This document shows, in pieces, positions 19,417 to 29,133 of a stretch of 64,000 nucleotides of DNA (the first letter of the stretch is position 1; each line of letters begins with the position of its first letter). Under the pieces are notes generated by a model. It was not told where the DNA came from, did no database searches, and saw only the letters and a program-made list of their open reading frames with translations. The stretch is from IMG/VR virus record IMGVR_UViG_3300020411_000003; one strand, given 5' to 3'. Source of the DNA: a virus. The translations under genes and the position numbers were made by a program.

Positions 19417-19422
19417 TATTTA
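19417..19422 (-). promoter_or_regulatory. T4-type late promoter (TAAATA)
   Basis: TAAATA upstream of gp22. The same hexamer precedes other genes at 20305, 22053, 22681, 25135, 37880, 46378, 47304, 48244, 50501, 50874, 55881, 62864, 62881 and 63959. Confidence 0.8.
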
Positions 19423-19426
19423 TTAA

Positions 19427-20071
19427 TTACAAGCCTTGTAGGAAGTTCTTGAACACATCAAGTGTTCTTTCCTCTAGGTTCTGACGAGTTGCATCGTCAA
19501 TGTAACTCTTATATTTAGCAACCTTAGTCTCCCTAAGTATTCCATTATCCCAAGCCCACTCTTTACCTTCCATGATTCCATTCACGAATGCATCGGGTGC
19601 GGAGGGGTCAGCAACAATGTCTGCTGCTGTGGCAAGCATGAAGTCATCCATGACTACATTAACGTCTTCACGCTTATCAATAGAACCCATACCTCTAGAT
19701 GAAACTCCTAGTTTCACACCTTCTTCAAGGAGTGACTTAGCAATTTGACCCATAGGGGTGTCTAGGATTTGTGCTCTTCCGATGAAGTTAGTACCTTCAG
19801 CAGTAAGCGATGTGATTCTGTGGGAAACACGGTCAAGGTTAACAGTAGGACCATCAGGATGACCCAACTCACCAAGAGCACGTGATGTTTTAATGTACTC
19901 CTCATTGTATCTGTTAACTTCCTTCTCAAGAACTGAGAATGGATACATACGTCCATTGCGATTCTTTAGTTCTGACTGAAGGAATACTCCTTCAATATAC
20001 AACTTCTTAGAATCACCTTTACCTTCGGTAATTACGTTGACGTTTTCAATCTGTTCCGTTATCAGTTTCAT
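19427..20071 (-). CDS. gp21: prohead protease gp21
   Basis: NRNGRMYP, ALGELGHP, GVSSRGMGS, DIVADPSAPDA. Confidence 0.97.
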   Translation of the reverse strand: MKLITEQIENVNVITEGKGDSKKLYIEGVFLQSELKNRNGRMYPFSVLEKEVNRYNEEYIKTSRALGELGHPDGPTVNLDRVSHRITSLTAEGTNFIGRAQILDTPMGQIAKSLLEEGVKLGVSSRGMGSIDKREDVNVVMDDFMLATAADIVADPSAPDAFVNGIMEGKEWAWDNGILRETKVAKYKSYIDDATRQNLEERTLDVFKNFLQGL

Positions 20072-20282
20072 TCTTTGGTTCCTCTACCTCGTTTGGTTCG
20101 TCGAAATAAGTGCTAGCTACAGTCTTCTTATAAGAACCTATAGCATCTGCTGCACGAGCATAAAGTAGATCCTGAATAGCATCAATTGCTTCTGCTCTTT
20201 TATTATTCGATATCAAATCAGCAGTGTTCAATACTGCCTCTGGGGGTTGCTCCACTGGATCTGTTGTTACTGGATCTGCCAT
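20046..20282 (-). CDS. small prohead core-like protein
   Basis: 78 aa acidic helical ORF between gp20 and gp21. Confidence 0.65.
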   Translation of the reverse strand: MADPVTTDPVEQPPEAVLNTADLISNNKRAEAIDAIQDLLYARAADAIGSYKKTVASTYFDEPNEVEEPKNETDNGTD

Positions 20283-20303
20283 GATATTTACATAGTGTGT
20301 TTA

Positions 20304-22025
20304 TTATTTAGTTGTTTTCTTAGGTTTAGATGCGGAAGCTAACTGTGGCTTGGGTTGTGCCTTAATCTTTTGAAGTTCTTTCTTGTGATCATCATCTGCT
20401 CTTGCTTGATCTAGAGCAGCTTGATTGTCCTGTGCCTGTGCATCTATTTCAGGTTGATAAGCAACGTTCTGACGCTCCATTGTATCCAATGTAGTGACAT
20501 CGATTGGATCCATAGTAAGACCTGCTTCGATCTCTGCCTTCATTTGTTTATCAAGCTCTTTATATTCCTTCTCAGTCTGTTGAAGAATATCTCTACGGAT
20601 ATGTTCGATTGAGAAATACTTACCTACGAATGGATCCATCTGTGTGACCATTGCCATTCTCTGAGTAACCATTTCAAGTTCTTTTAACTCATTGAAATGA
20701 TTATCAAACAGATAGTCAAATTGGATATGCTCTTGCATATCATCCCAATCTTCAGGAGTGATTACTCCCTTAAGAATGAGTTGCGTCTTGAGAATGTCGT
20801 GGAATAACTCTCCAAATCTTTTACGTAAACGTCCGATGAACTTGGTGAACTTAAGTTCGTCTCTAAGGACTTCAGTGGTTTTACCAAGATTGAATCCCTT
20901 GTTATCATCTGTGAGACGGGAAGGAGGAAGATTGAGACTGTTATAAAGTTTCTTCCTAAAATACTCAACATCCTTGAGCTCTCCTAGATTCTGTCCACCA
21001 GGTAAGGTGGTGATCTCAGTTCCACGACCACCCTCTCTACGAGGTAACCAGAAATCCTCAAGCATACTCATATGCTTTTTATCATCACGGATCTCACCAG
21101 TCTTTGCATCATAGACTAGTTTATTCCTGTAACGAGACATCACATCACGTAGGTACTGTTCCGCTTTAACCTTTGGAAGATTACCTACGTCAATGTAAAA
21201 GATTCTTCTTTCAGGTGCTCTTGATAATCTGTAGATAACCAAAGCATCTTCAATCATCCTTAATTGGTTTAAGGATTTAATTGCTTTATGTAAGAAACTT
21301 AGTACAAGTCTTTTGTTTAAATCTTGCAGTCCAGAATTAACAAAGGTGATGGAATCTACCGCCATCTTGACACCTTGATTGTTGGACATGTCTCCAACTG
21401 GACCTAATGCACCACCTCTAAGGTATCCTTTGGGATTATATAACCAGTAGTCTACGAACTCACCCCACTCATATGCCTTAGCAGATTGCTTCTCGTCTGG
21501 GGTTAGTTGTCTATTATTGCTTGAAAGTTTTTGTCTGACCTTTTTGATCTTAAGAGGATCAATGTAACGTAGTTCTAGAATGCCCTTCTTAGGGTTAGCA
21601 AGGTCGATTACTTTGTGATAGATTAGTTTACCATCAACGTACCAATTACGAATGATCTCGTGAGATCTTTTCTCAAAGTTTAGTAGTTGTTTAATATAAT
21701 CAAACTCATCACGGATCTTGTTCTTGACTCCTTTTCCAACGTCAAGATTATCCAGATTGATTTCGACACAACTATCGTTAGTGTCATTAACAACAAACTC
21801 ATTCACGATTTCGTCAACAGCACTATCCACTTCTGGATGGAGTGCCATGTCTCGATAACGTCGAATGAGTTCGAATTCATCTCTGGCACTATTGTCCATA
21901 TCGACATAAGTACCAAAATAACCCCCTGCAGCTACTGCAACGGGTTCGTCAGCAGAAGGAGGAACGGGGGACTGACCCTTACGTTCCGCCTTCCTATTAA
22001 TTTGAAAGCCAAATAACTGACTCAT
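20304..22025 (-). CDS. gp20: portal protein gp20
   Basis: LIRRYRDMALHPEVD, RAPERRIFYIDVGNLPKVKAEQY, EDFWLPRREGGRGTEITTLPGGQNLG. Confidence 0.99.
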   Translation of the reverse strand: MSQLFGFQINRKAERKGQSPVPPSADEPVAVAAGGYFGTYVDMDNSARDEFELIRRYRDMALHPEVDSAVDEIVNEFVVNDTNDSCVEINLDNLDVGKGVKNKIRDEFDYIKQLLNFEKRSHEIIRNWYVDGKLIYHKVIDLANPKKGILELRYIDPLKIKKVRQKLSSNNRQLTPDEKQSAKAYEWGEFVDYWLYNPKGYLRGGALGPVGDMSNNQGVKMAVDSITFVNSGLQDLNKRLVLSFLHKAIKSLNQLRMIEDALVIYRLSRAPERRIFYIDVGNLPKVKAEQYLRDVMSRYRNKLVYDAKTGEIRDDKKHMSMLEDFWLPRREGGRGTEITTLPGGQNLGELKDVEYFRKKLYNSLNLPPSRLTDDNKGFNLGKTTEVLRDELKFTKFIGRLRKRFGELFHDILKTQLILKGVITPEDWDDMQEHIQFDYLFDNHFNELKELEMVTQRMAMVTQMDPFVGKYFSIEHIRRDILQQTEKEYKELDKQMKAEIEAGLTMDPIDVTTLDTMERQNVAYQPEIDAQAQDNQAALDQARADDDHKKELQKIKAQPKPQLASASKPKKTTK

Positions 22026-22077
22026 AACAATAATAATTTTTACTACCGCAAGTATTTATACGATAGGAAAAAGTGGA

Positions 22078-22659
22078 TTATGCAATAGCGTCAGAGTTCT
22101 TTGCGTCTGTAGATTCAACTGTCCAATATGAATATTGGAATTCAACTGAAAATTCTTCAATCTGATCGTTGCTGTCGTAAGCAAGGTCAATCTGTGAAAC
22201 AGATACTGGGAACGCATACCAGAGTTTGTATCTCCTTAAGTTTGTTCCATAATCACCAGAATCTTTTTCTAGTTGAGTAACAAAGATGTCAGCACTGTAT
22301 CTAGAATCTCCAGCAGCAGGGTTGAACAGTTCAGCAGTGTTGCCCTTATGAGAATTCATTTGGTTTAACCACTTCTCGAACATGCCACGAATCTTCATGT
22401 CCTTATCGTTGATGAAGGTTGCAGTCCAGTTATCGAATGTTCTGTCTCCAGCAATCTTTACAGTTCTACCTCTGAAGGGAACTTCAATAGTTCCCAAACT
22501 TGAAGCAGGTAAAGCAGCTGACTTACATAACGTGTTAACCAGTACTGAACTTTCTGCATCTTGAGATGGAAAGTTTATCTCCACCTCAAACATATTAGGC
22601 TTAACGCCCTGAGCAACCTTAGCCAGGAAATCCGAGACGTTACTTCTTATGTTTGCCAT
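22078..22659 (-). CDS. gp19: tail tube protein gp19
   Basis: VPFRGRTVKIAGDRTFDNWTATF, IEEFSVEFQY. Confidence 0.96.
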   Translation of the reverse strand: MANIRSNVSDFLAKVAQGVKPNMFEVEINFPSQDAESSVLVNTLCKSAALPASSLGTIEVPFRGRTVKIAGDRTFDNWTATFINDKDMKIRGMFEKWLNQMNSHKGNTAELFNPAAGDSRYSADIFVTQLEKDSGDYGTNLRRYKLWYAFPVSVSQIDLAYDSNDQIEEFSVEFQYSYWTVESTDAKNSDAIA

Positions 22660-22696
22660 TAGTCTTGTCCTTTGTGTTTATATTTAGTGTAACGAA

Positions 22697-25096
22697 TTAG
22701 CGTCCGACTACTTCAGCGAACGAAACACCAGTACGTGTTGCAGTAAAGGTTACTGTTACGTAGTTGATGGAACGAGTTGGCTTCAGGAATAATTCTGCAA
22801 CAAACTCATTGCGGTCGATAACATCAGGTGTGTTATTAGATGTATCACAAACAACCAAGAAGTCAGTTAAACCTTGTCTTGCTTGAACTTCATTCAAGTA
22901 AGAGTTAACAGCAGAACTGAAGTTTGAACGTGTGAGTTCATCATTGAGTTCGAATAGAACACCCTTAGCAAGGTTCTCTACACGCTTCTCAATGTTGAGG
23001 AACAATCTACGAACATTGATTCTATCGAATGCAGATGGTGAAGCGAGAGCAGTCTTATCACCGAAGAGTGTAATACCACTTCCAGAAATAGAAACAACAG
23101 GGTTGATTCTGTTCTGATAGAGCTCGTCTCTATCTGCCTTAGATGGGTTGTATGCTAACTTAACAGCATTACGGATTCCACCTCTGCTGAGTCCAGCAGG
23201 TGAGAACCAGTCATCTAATGCTGTAGATGTAGACACACATAGACCAGCAATGTCACCGTTAGTTGGGATGTAACGATAAACATCGTTAAAGCGGTCATAG
23301 ATGTACTTGTATCCACTATCGAATACTGCGTACGATGTGGAAGTTAATCCACTAAAGAATCCAAGAGTGTTATCCTTCTGCTGTCTAGCAGTTAGAGAAC
23401 CAGATGTACCGATTTGGTTTCCTCTGAAAGGAGAGACAAATGCAATTGCGTCTCTGCGACCAGCAGCAACAGCAATAACCTTTTGTGCCTTACTCTTAGT
23501 ATCAGATTCGTTACCTAATGATCCACCCATAAGGATGAAGTTAACATTAGTGTTTTCACTGTCAGCAAACTCATCGTATGCTGCACTAATCTCACCAGCA
23601 GTATAACTGTAGTCATCTGTACCAGCTGAGAGATCTGTTTCAATAACACCACCAATAGCAAGTGCTCCAGATACACTACCAGAACCAGCGTTCCAGACAG
23701 CACCAGATACTGTTGTTGCTAAAGCAGCACCATGATAGACATAACCAGATTCTGCGTTGATGATTGACTTGTAGTATACATTTCCACCCTCAGTTGATTT
23801 TGCATCAGAGAGTTTTGAAAGATATGTAAGACGTTCAACGATTGTGCTAGAAGCACCAGACACATCACCAGTTGTGTCAATCACTGCTACGTGTACTTCG
23901 TCTCCAGAAAGACTTCTATCAGCAGCGAATGCAGATGTACCAGGACGAGGACCAATTGCACTTAACTTAAGTCCAGTACCAGTAATTTCTGTGTTGGTAT
24001 ACCAGTCACTAACAGAAGAGATTGCAATCTGTGTATCAGTTACAGAAGCGATGTCAAATGTTGCATCAGCACCACCACCAGAAACTGTGATTGTATCTCC
24101 TACAAGATATCCAGTACCACCAGCGTTGATTGTAACACCAGTTACAGCACCAACTGCTCCATCAATTGTGAAGGTTGCGTTTGAACCACCACCAACGATT
24201 GTTACAGTTGCACCAACAGTGTATCCTGTACCAGCGTTATTGATTGCTACAGTCTGAACAACACCACCAGCGACAACAACGTCAACTGTTAATCCTGTAC
24301 CGCCACCACCTGTGGTTGCGATTCCAGCACCTGTTGCATAAGCAGAACCACCAGATGTAAGTGTGATTGCATTAGGAACACCAGCTCCAACTGCTACATC
24401 AACTGTCAATCCAGATCCAGAACCACCTGTTGTAGCAACTGCTGAACCAGCAGTGTATCCAGAACCACCAGCAAGTCCAGTAACAGATGCACCAACACCT
24501 GTGTCAGGAATGTCTAGTGTATCAGTAGTTGTGAGTTTAGTTGAAGGGTCTGATAAAACTATAGCAGCAGTTTTAGTTGAAGGAACCCAAGAAAGAACCT
24601 TTCCTGTTGCTCCACCTGTAAATGTAACTGTGTCATCAACACCAATACCAGCAGGTGTTGCTGCGAATGTAACGTACTGATCAGCACCGCTATCAACGAC
24701 GACGACCTTAAGTGAGTTACCTAGTGTTCCAGCACCACGTGCTACGAACTTCTTAGACGAGCCTGTGCCTCCTTCCCAGTCAGCAGTATTCTTAACTAGA
24801 ACTGCTGCACCGCTATCTACCGCATTGAGTGCTCCTGTTTCTGCACGAACAACTGCTAACTTTCCACCGTACCCTAGAAATTCAGATGCAACAAACCAAT
24901 CTTCTGCATTAGCATCAGTTGGTTTACCGAATACACTGAGTAAATCCTTTTGATCAGAGATTGAAACAACCTCACCAATTGGACCTTTCTGGAAAGTTGA
25001 AGCAAACGCTGCTGTTTGGCTTGAAGTGCCAACAATAACTGCGTTGGACAGATCACGTTCTCTAAGAACTACACCAGGCGAGATTTGACTTGCCAT
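22697..25096 (-). CDS. gp18: tail sheath protein gp18 with repeat insertion
   Basis: SPGVVLRERD, WFSPAG..RG, FDRINVRRLF, KPTRSINYV. Confidence 0.98.
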   Translation of the reverse strand: MASQISPGVVLRERDLSNAVIVGTSSQTAAFASTFQKGPIGEVVSISDQKDLLSVFGKPTDANAEDWFVASEFLGYGGKLAVVRAETGALNAVDSGAAVLVKNTADWEGGTGSSKKFVARGAGTLGNSLKVVVVDSGADQYVTFAATPAGIGVDDTVTFTGGATGKVLSWVPSTKTAAIVLSDPSTKLTTTDTLDIPDTGVGASVTGLAGGSGYTAGSAVATTGGSGSGLTVDVAVGAGVPNAITLTSGGSAYATGAGIATTGGGGTGLTVDVVVAGGVVQTVAINNAGTGYTVGATVTIVGGGSNATFTIDGAVGAVTGVTINAGGTGYLVGDTITVSGGGADATFDIASVTDTQIAISSVSDWYTNTEITGTGLKLSAIGPRPGTSAFAADRSLSGDEVHVAVIDTTGDVSGASSTIVERLTYLSKLSDAKSTEGGNVYYKSIINAESGYVYHGAALATTVSGAVWNAGSGSVSGALAIGGVIETDLSAGTDDYSYTAGEISAAYDEFADSENTNVNFILMGGSLGNESDTKSKAQKVIAVAAGRRDAIAFVSPFRGNQIGTSGSLTARQQKDNTLGFFSGLTSTSYAVFDSGYKYIYDRFNDVYRYIPTNGDIAGLCVSTSTALDDWFSPAGLSRGGIRNAVKLAYNPSKADRDELYQNRINPVVSISGSGITLFGDKTALASPSAFDRINVRRLFLNIEKRVENLAKGVLFELNDELTRSNFSSAVNSYLNEVQARQGLTDFLVVCDTSNNTPDVIDRNEFVAELFLKPTRSINYVTVTFTATRTGVSFAEVVGR
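24040..24480 (-). repeat. four ~38-aa Gly/Thr-rich repeats inside gp18
   Basis: GGSGYTAG../GGSAYATG../AGTGYTVG../GGTGYLVG.. units. Confidence 0.8.
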
Positions 25097-25182
25097 GTTT
25101 TTAACCCCTATAGATGATTCAAATTACCTGAAATTATTTATCTCTAGGAGTATTTTGAGAGGGGAAACAATGCATGAACATA

Positions 25183-25422
25183 CTACCAGTCTGGATATGA
25201 CTCATCTACAGTAGGTTTCCTCTTTCTATTTCGTACAATCCTTTCTATAGTACACACCTTGCATTCATAGGAGTATGCAGATGGGTTACCTTTTTTATTC
25301 TTTCTTATCAAATAGAAATCACTCAATAAGTCTTTGTCTCTACCACAGACTCGACATGTCCTTTCTCTGAATAGCAGGTGTTCTAAACCGAACTGTTCAT
25401 CGAGATCCATCAGTAGTTCCAC
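25183..25422 (-). CDS. small zinc-finger protein
   Basis: CRVC...ECKVC; between gp17 and gp18. Confidence 0.75.
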   Translation of the reverse strand: MELLMDLDEQFGLEHLLFRERTCRVCGRDKDLLSDFYLIRKNKKGNPSAYSYECKVCTIERIVRNRKRKPTVDESYPDW

Positions 25423-27059
25423 ATATAGGATACTTCTTCTTGTGTTTCACCATAAGCCCATAACTCACCATCACCATCCATAAAGGTGTCATCACCTAGA
25501 CCATCATCAATGAATCCAAATGGAGCCATGTCTTGCTCAATCTGATTTCTCTGTTCTTCGTATATCCTTCTTCTGACATCTTGGTCAGTCATCTCTTTGA
25601 AATAGTCTTGTAATACTAACCAAGAGAATAGAACCAAACACATCACTAAGTCATCATGGTAACCTTCGTCTGCTTCCCATGCTTGTTTCTTTTGAATGAA
25701 TGTTGTTAGTTCTTGTAATATATGAAAATCACAGAAGGTTAATTTATCTTCTTCTAAAACTGCTTTAAGGTTTGCACAACCTTGCTTCTTAACTGTGATA
25801 CTCATCTTGACACCAAGTTGAGTCTTAGTACCAGAGAATCCCTGACCAACTATCTGGCCAGCTCTACCTCTCATAGCACACATGAGTACGTTAGGATACT
25901 CAAGATCATAATTTAATGTTGCTGCAATACTGTCACCAATATCATTTACCTCTACTAAGATGTATGGTAAATTATATTCCTTTGCTACTTGGAAGATGAC
26001 AGAGGGAAACATGATAGGTTTGATCTCATTATCTCTGTACTTGGCAACGACTTTATACGGAAGCGTGGTAATATCAAACACGATAAAAGCACTGTAGTCG
26101 CCACCGATACCTCTGGCAACATCGACAGTAATAATATATTCATGACCTTCTTGTGATCTTTCGTAAACATCAAGTCCAGCATTGCTCTGTATGGGATCTT
26201 TAAATGGTATAGCCTGAAGCTTTGCAGGAGATATAAGAGTGTCAGCAGATCCAAGAAAGTCGCATTCAAACTCTTGAGCGAACTGTCTCTTGGACGTGTT
26301 CTTCATAGTCTCCTCTTTCCATTTAGCATCTCTGCCTGGAACTTGAGACCAATGTACTTCATTCGTAACATATCCATTCTTACCATTTCTGGCATCTTCC
26401 CACATCTTATAGAAGTGGTTCATACCATTAGGTGTAGATATGATTATGACTTTCGTTGACCTACCAGAAGTAATAGTAGGATAAACAGAAGCAAAAAACT
26501 GTTCTGCAACATGGTTGGGAACAAAAGCAAATTCATCCAAGAAAAGGATATTGAAAGACATACCCCTAACAGCACTAGCGGAAGTAGACGCAGCCATAAT
26601 TTTAGATCCATTTTCTAACTCCAAACTACCTTTGTTCCAAACAAGGACACCATGCTGCATCCACTTAGGTAAATTCTCATATGCTAATTGAAGACGACCG
26701 AGTAATTCCCTTGCGGTAGAAGCTTTGTTAGCAAGAATACCAATGTTAACACTGTCATTAAAGATAGCGTAATGTAAGAGGTAAGCAACAACAGTGGTCG
26801 ATTTGCCAGTCTGTCTAGGAAGTTTGGCGATGTTGAATCTGTTCTCATGAAAGTCAGTTAAAATCTTTTGCTGAAAATCATACATCTTAAAAGGTACAAG
26901 ACCTTCATCGAGGTTGATGATCTGCATATATGTCATAGCAAAATAAAGTGGATCTTCTTTACATTTGATCCACTCTTCTACTTGCTTCTTTGTGAATTGT
27001 ATCTCAGTACCTGCCTTCTTCAGGTTGGGGTTACCAAGATATACCTCAGTCTTAGCCAT
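25410..27059 (-). CDS. gp17: terminase large subunit gp17
   Basis: YLGNPNLK, PRQTGKST, LDEFAF, DVARG, HDDLVM. Confidence 0.98.
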   Translation of the reverse strand: MAKTEVYLGNPNLKKAGTEIQFTKKQVEEWIKCKEDPLYFAMTYMQIINLDEGLVPFKMYDFQQKILTDFHENRFNIAKLPRQTGKSTTVVAYLLHYAIFNDSVNIGILANKASTARELLGRLQLAYENLPKWMQHGVLVWNKGSLELENGSKIMAASTSASAVRGMSFNILFLDEFAFVPNHVAEQFFASVYPTITSGRSTKVIIISTPNGMNHFYKMWEDARNGKNGYVTNEVHWSQVPGRDAKWKEETMKNTSKRQFAQEFECDFLGSADTLISPAKLQAIPFKDPIQSNAGLDVYERSQEGHEYIITVDVARGIGGDYSAFIVFDITTLPYKVVAKYRDNEIKPIMFPSVIFQVAKEYNLPYILVEVNDIGDSIAATLNYDLEYPNVLMCAMRGRAGQIVGQGFSGTKTQLGVKMSITVKKQGCANLKAVLEEDKLTFCDFHILQELTTFIQKKQAWEADEGYHDDLVMCLVLFSWLVLQDYFKEMTDQDVRRRIYEEQRNQIEQDMAPFGFIDDGLGDDTFMDGDGELWAYGETQEEVSYMWNY

Positions 27060-27516
27060 TTAATAAAGTACCATTCTTTCTACGAATCTCACGTAGTTCT
27101 TCAAAGTCTTTCTTCTTAGTTCCACCTGAGTACGACCAAGCATACCCTAACTGAATCATTTGTTCGTTGATTGACAAGTTGCTGTCCCCAATGTATAACC
27201 AACCAAGAAGACGGCCGTACTTACCCACGCCACCGACAAGTTCAGTACGAATGACAAGATCATCAGCACTCTTAATAACACCTTCCAATTTTTGCTTGAG
27301 CCAATTCGTTGCGTCAATTCCAAGAGCTTTCTCCTCTTTGTCTCTAGTACGTTTTTCAGGAGTGTCCACACCAGCTATGCGAACTCTTTCTTTTTTTGTT
27401 AAATCAAATCCTAAGTCGATAGTGACATCGATAGTGTCACCGTCAACCACTCTGTTCACTTTCGTCACTCGGAAGTTGTAACAACTCTTCCTTGACGGTG
27501 GTTTCATTTCGGTCAT
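27052..27516 (-). CDS. SNase/thermonuclease-like nuclease
   Basis: VVDGDTID, RVRIAGVDTPE, GKYGRLLG. Confidence 0.88.
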   Translation of the reverse strand: MTEMKPPSRKSCYNFRVTKVNRVVDGDTIDVTIDLGFDLTKKERVRIAGVDTPEKRTRDKEEKALGIDATNWLKQKLEGVIKSADDLVIRTELVGGVGKYGRLLGWLYIGDSNLSINEQMIQLGYAWSYSGGTKKKDFEELREIRRKNGTLLNG

Positions 27517-27604
27517 CGTAAGTAAATATCCAATAAATTGTTATCGATACTCCTATTAATAGTATCATTATCATTATATTTATAGACCAAATTACATCAT
27601 TCAT
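27443..27604 (-). CDS. small membrane protein
   Basis: MNDVIWSINIMIMILLIGVSITIYWIFTYD; start moved to ATG 27604. Confidence 0.55.
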   Translation of the reverse strand: MNDVIWSINIMIMILLIGVSITIYWIFTYDDRNETTVKEELLQLPSDESEQSG

Positions 27605-27878
27605 AATGATCCTCCAATCCTTCAACTGGTGTAGGTTTCCAATCCTTACCATAATATTTTTCTAGTATATTATGATGTGGTGCATCTGTTCCTACCTTTA
27701 TCTTCTTAGGTGGTTCAGGTGGAAACATCTCTAGTTGTATTTCAGGTATAGAAAAAGTGTCACCATCTTTTCGATGATGACACATATAGAACGAACCGTC
27801 TTCTTTTTTATATAAGAAATCTGCTTCGTGAGAATTTAGCAGAAGCATCTGCATTATCTTGTCGCCTTTTTCAATCAC
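27597..27878 (-). CDS. hypothetical protein
   Basis: 93 aa ORF in operon context. Confidence 0.65.
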   Translation of the reverse strand: MIEKGDKIMQMLLLNSHEADFLYKKEDGSFYMCHHRKDGDTFSIPEIQLEMFPPEPPKKIKVGTDAPHHNILEKYYGKDWKPTPVEGLEDHYE

Positions 27879-28170
27879 GTTGTCGCCAATCGTCTGAACG
27901 TTCTTGGTGGAACCATTCCACTACTTCATCTGGCGAACCGAAACCCCTCTTATGATGAGTTGGATCGGGGTCTCCTATATTCAACTCATTCAGAAAAGAC
28001 TCGTTAGGATTTGTTGCCATTCTTCTAGCAGTCTTTAGCATACCTCTAGCAGAAGTATTTGCTTTTGATAATTTTTCTGCCCATATCATATCTTGTATCG
28101 ATACATCAGTTCCTGAAGCAATATCTTTACAGATTGCTTCTAAACGTAAACGGTATTGGGTTGATAACAT
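27871..28170 (-). CDS. conserved hypothetical protein
   Basis: MLSTQYRLRLEAIC...DMIWAEKL...IGDPDP...DDWRQRD. Confidence 0.75.
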   Translation of the reverse strand: MLSTQYRLRLEAICKDIASGTDVSIQDMIWAEKLSKANTSARGMLKTARRMATNPNESFLNELNIGDPDPTHHKRGFGSPDEVVEWFHQERSDDWRQRD

Positions 28171-28175
28171 ATAAA

Positions 28176-28493
28176 TTAATGTCTCTGTAATTTACTTATA
28201 CCTGATTTAATCAGGTCATTTTCAACGATTGTTTTAGTTTTCTCTGCAATATCATCCAGGATATTAACGTCAATATCCATGAATGGTGGAATGATACCAA
28301 GTATGCGAAGTAATCCATCTACGAACAATGCCAAACATGTGAAACCTAGAATCATTGAAATAATCGTAGCGTCACGATTATGCTTACGCATGGATTCTTC
28401 ATCGATAGCACGTGCTTCTGCAACAGCAGCAGCAATCATTTCATCGACTTCCTCCTTCGTATAACATAAAGATTTAATTGTATCTTCAGTCAT
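28176..28493 (-). CDS. single-TM hypothetical protein
   Basis: HNRDATIISMILGFTCLALFVDGLLRILGIIPPF. Confidence 0.75.
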   Translation of the reverse strand: MTEDTIKSLCYTKEEVDEMIAAAVAEARAIDEESMRKHNRDATIISMILGFTCLALFVDGLLRILGIIPPFMDIDVNILDDIAEKTKTIVENDLIKSGISKLQRH

Positions 28494-28672
28494 GAGCTAC
28501 TTTCAGAGAACGAACAATACCCTTGTTCACAGAGACGATTAATTTTCTCTATGAGCAACTGATATTGATCCCACATATATTCTGAACCAGTATGTTCCTG
28601 ATACAGTTTGCAAGCTGTGGTAAGACGGTATACGTCTGCTTCGTTAAGTCTCATGTTTTTCAAGTCATCCAT
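28490..28672 (-). CDS. hypothetical protein
   Basis: 60 aa ORF with ATGA overlap to the next gene. Confidence 0.65.
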   Translation of the reverse strand: MDDLKNMRLNEADVYRLTTACKLYQEHTGSEYMWDQYQLLIEKINRLCEQGYCSFSESSS

Positions 28673-28677
28673 AGTAT

Positions 28678-28705
28678 ATTATAATGTTTTTTAAAATTTA
28701 TGCAA
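28678..28705 (-). promoter_or_regulatory. sigma70-like promoter heading the block between gp16 and gp17
   Basis: TTGCAT-16-TATAAT. Confidence 0.55.
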
Positions 28706-28716
28706 TCGCTGACAGA

Positions 28717-29133
28717 CTACCGTTTACCATTGTTCATCTGCTTTAACATCTTTTGTAACTCAGCAGTACTACCTACAAACATAGCATTGTTAGTTACCTT
28801 AGTTGGACCTTTCTTTTCTTCATCAAGATCAGCAACTTTCTTCTGAAGATCCATCAGTTTATCAGTCATGTCTGCTACCTGCTTCATAGCGTTTGTAGCA
28901 ACTTCATATGCTCTTGGATGCCCTGACTCCTGTGCGACCTCTAACGCACCTTGTACCGCCTCCTGACCTTTAGAGATTAAATTATAAAGTTCACCTCTAG
29001 TGTATTCATAGTCTTTCTCTCTATCTTCTGTGACATCTTTAGTTTGATCCTTTCTGGTAGCACAACCATTCTCAGGAGTATTAGAGACATCGATGTCTAA
29101 CATCTCTTCCATATTTTTTTCTAGTTTACTCAT
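28717..29133 (-). CDS. gp16: terminase small subunit gp16
   Basis: DYEYTR..LY, HPRAYEV, NNAMFVGST.EL. Confidence 0.93.
   Translation of the reverse strand: MSKLEKNMEEMLDIDVSNTPENGCATRKDQTKDVTEDREKDYEYTRGELYNLISKGQEAVQGALEVAQESGHPRAYEVATNAMKQVADMTDKLMDLQKKVADLDEEKKGPTKVTNNAMFVGSTAELQKMLKQMNNGKR

Noticed and set aside
25183-25422. Homing endonuclease next to gp17
   Set aside because: It has only a CxxC...CxxC finger in 79 aa, with no HNH, GIY-YIG or LAGLIDADG catalytic motif.
13466-27059. Introns or inteins in uvsW, gp23, gp20 or gp17
   Set aside because: All are continuous ORFs of ordinary length without intein splice motifs.
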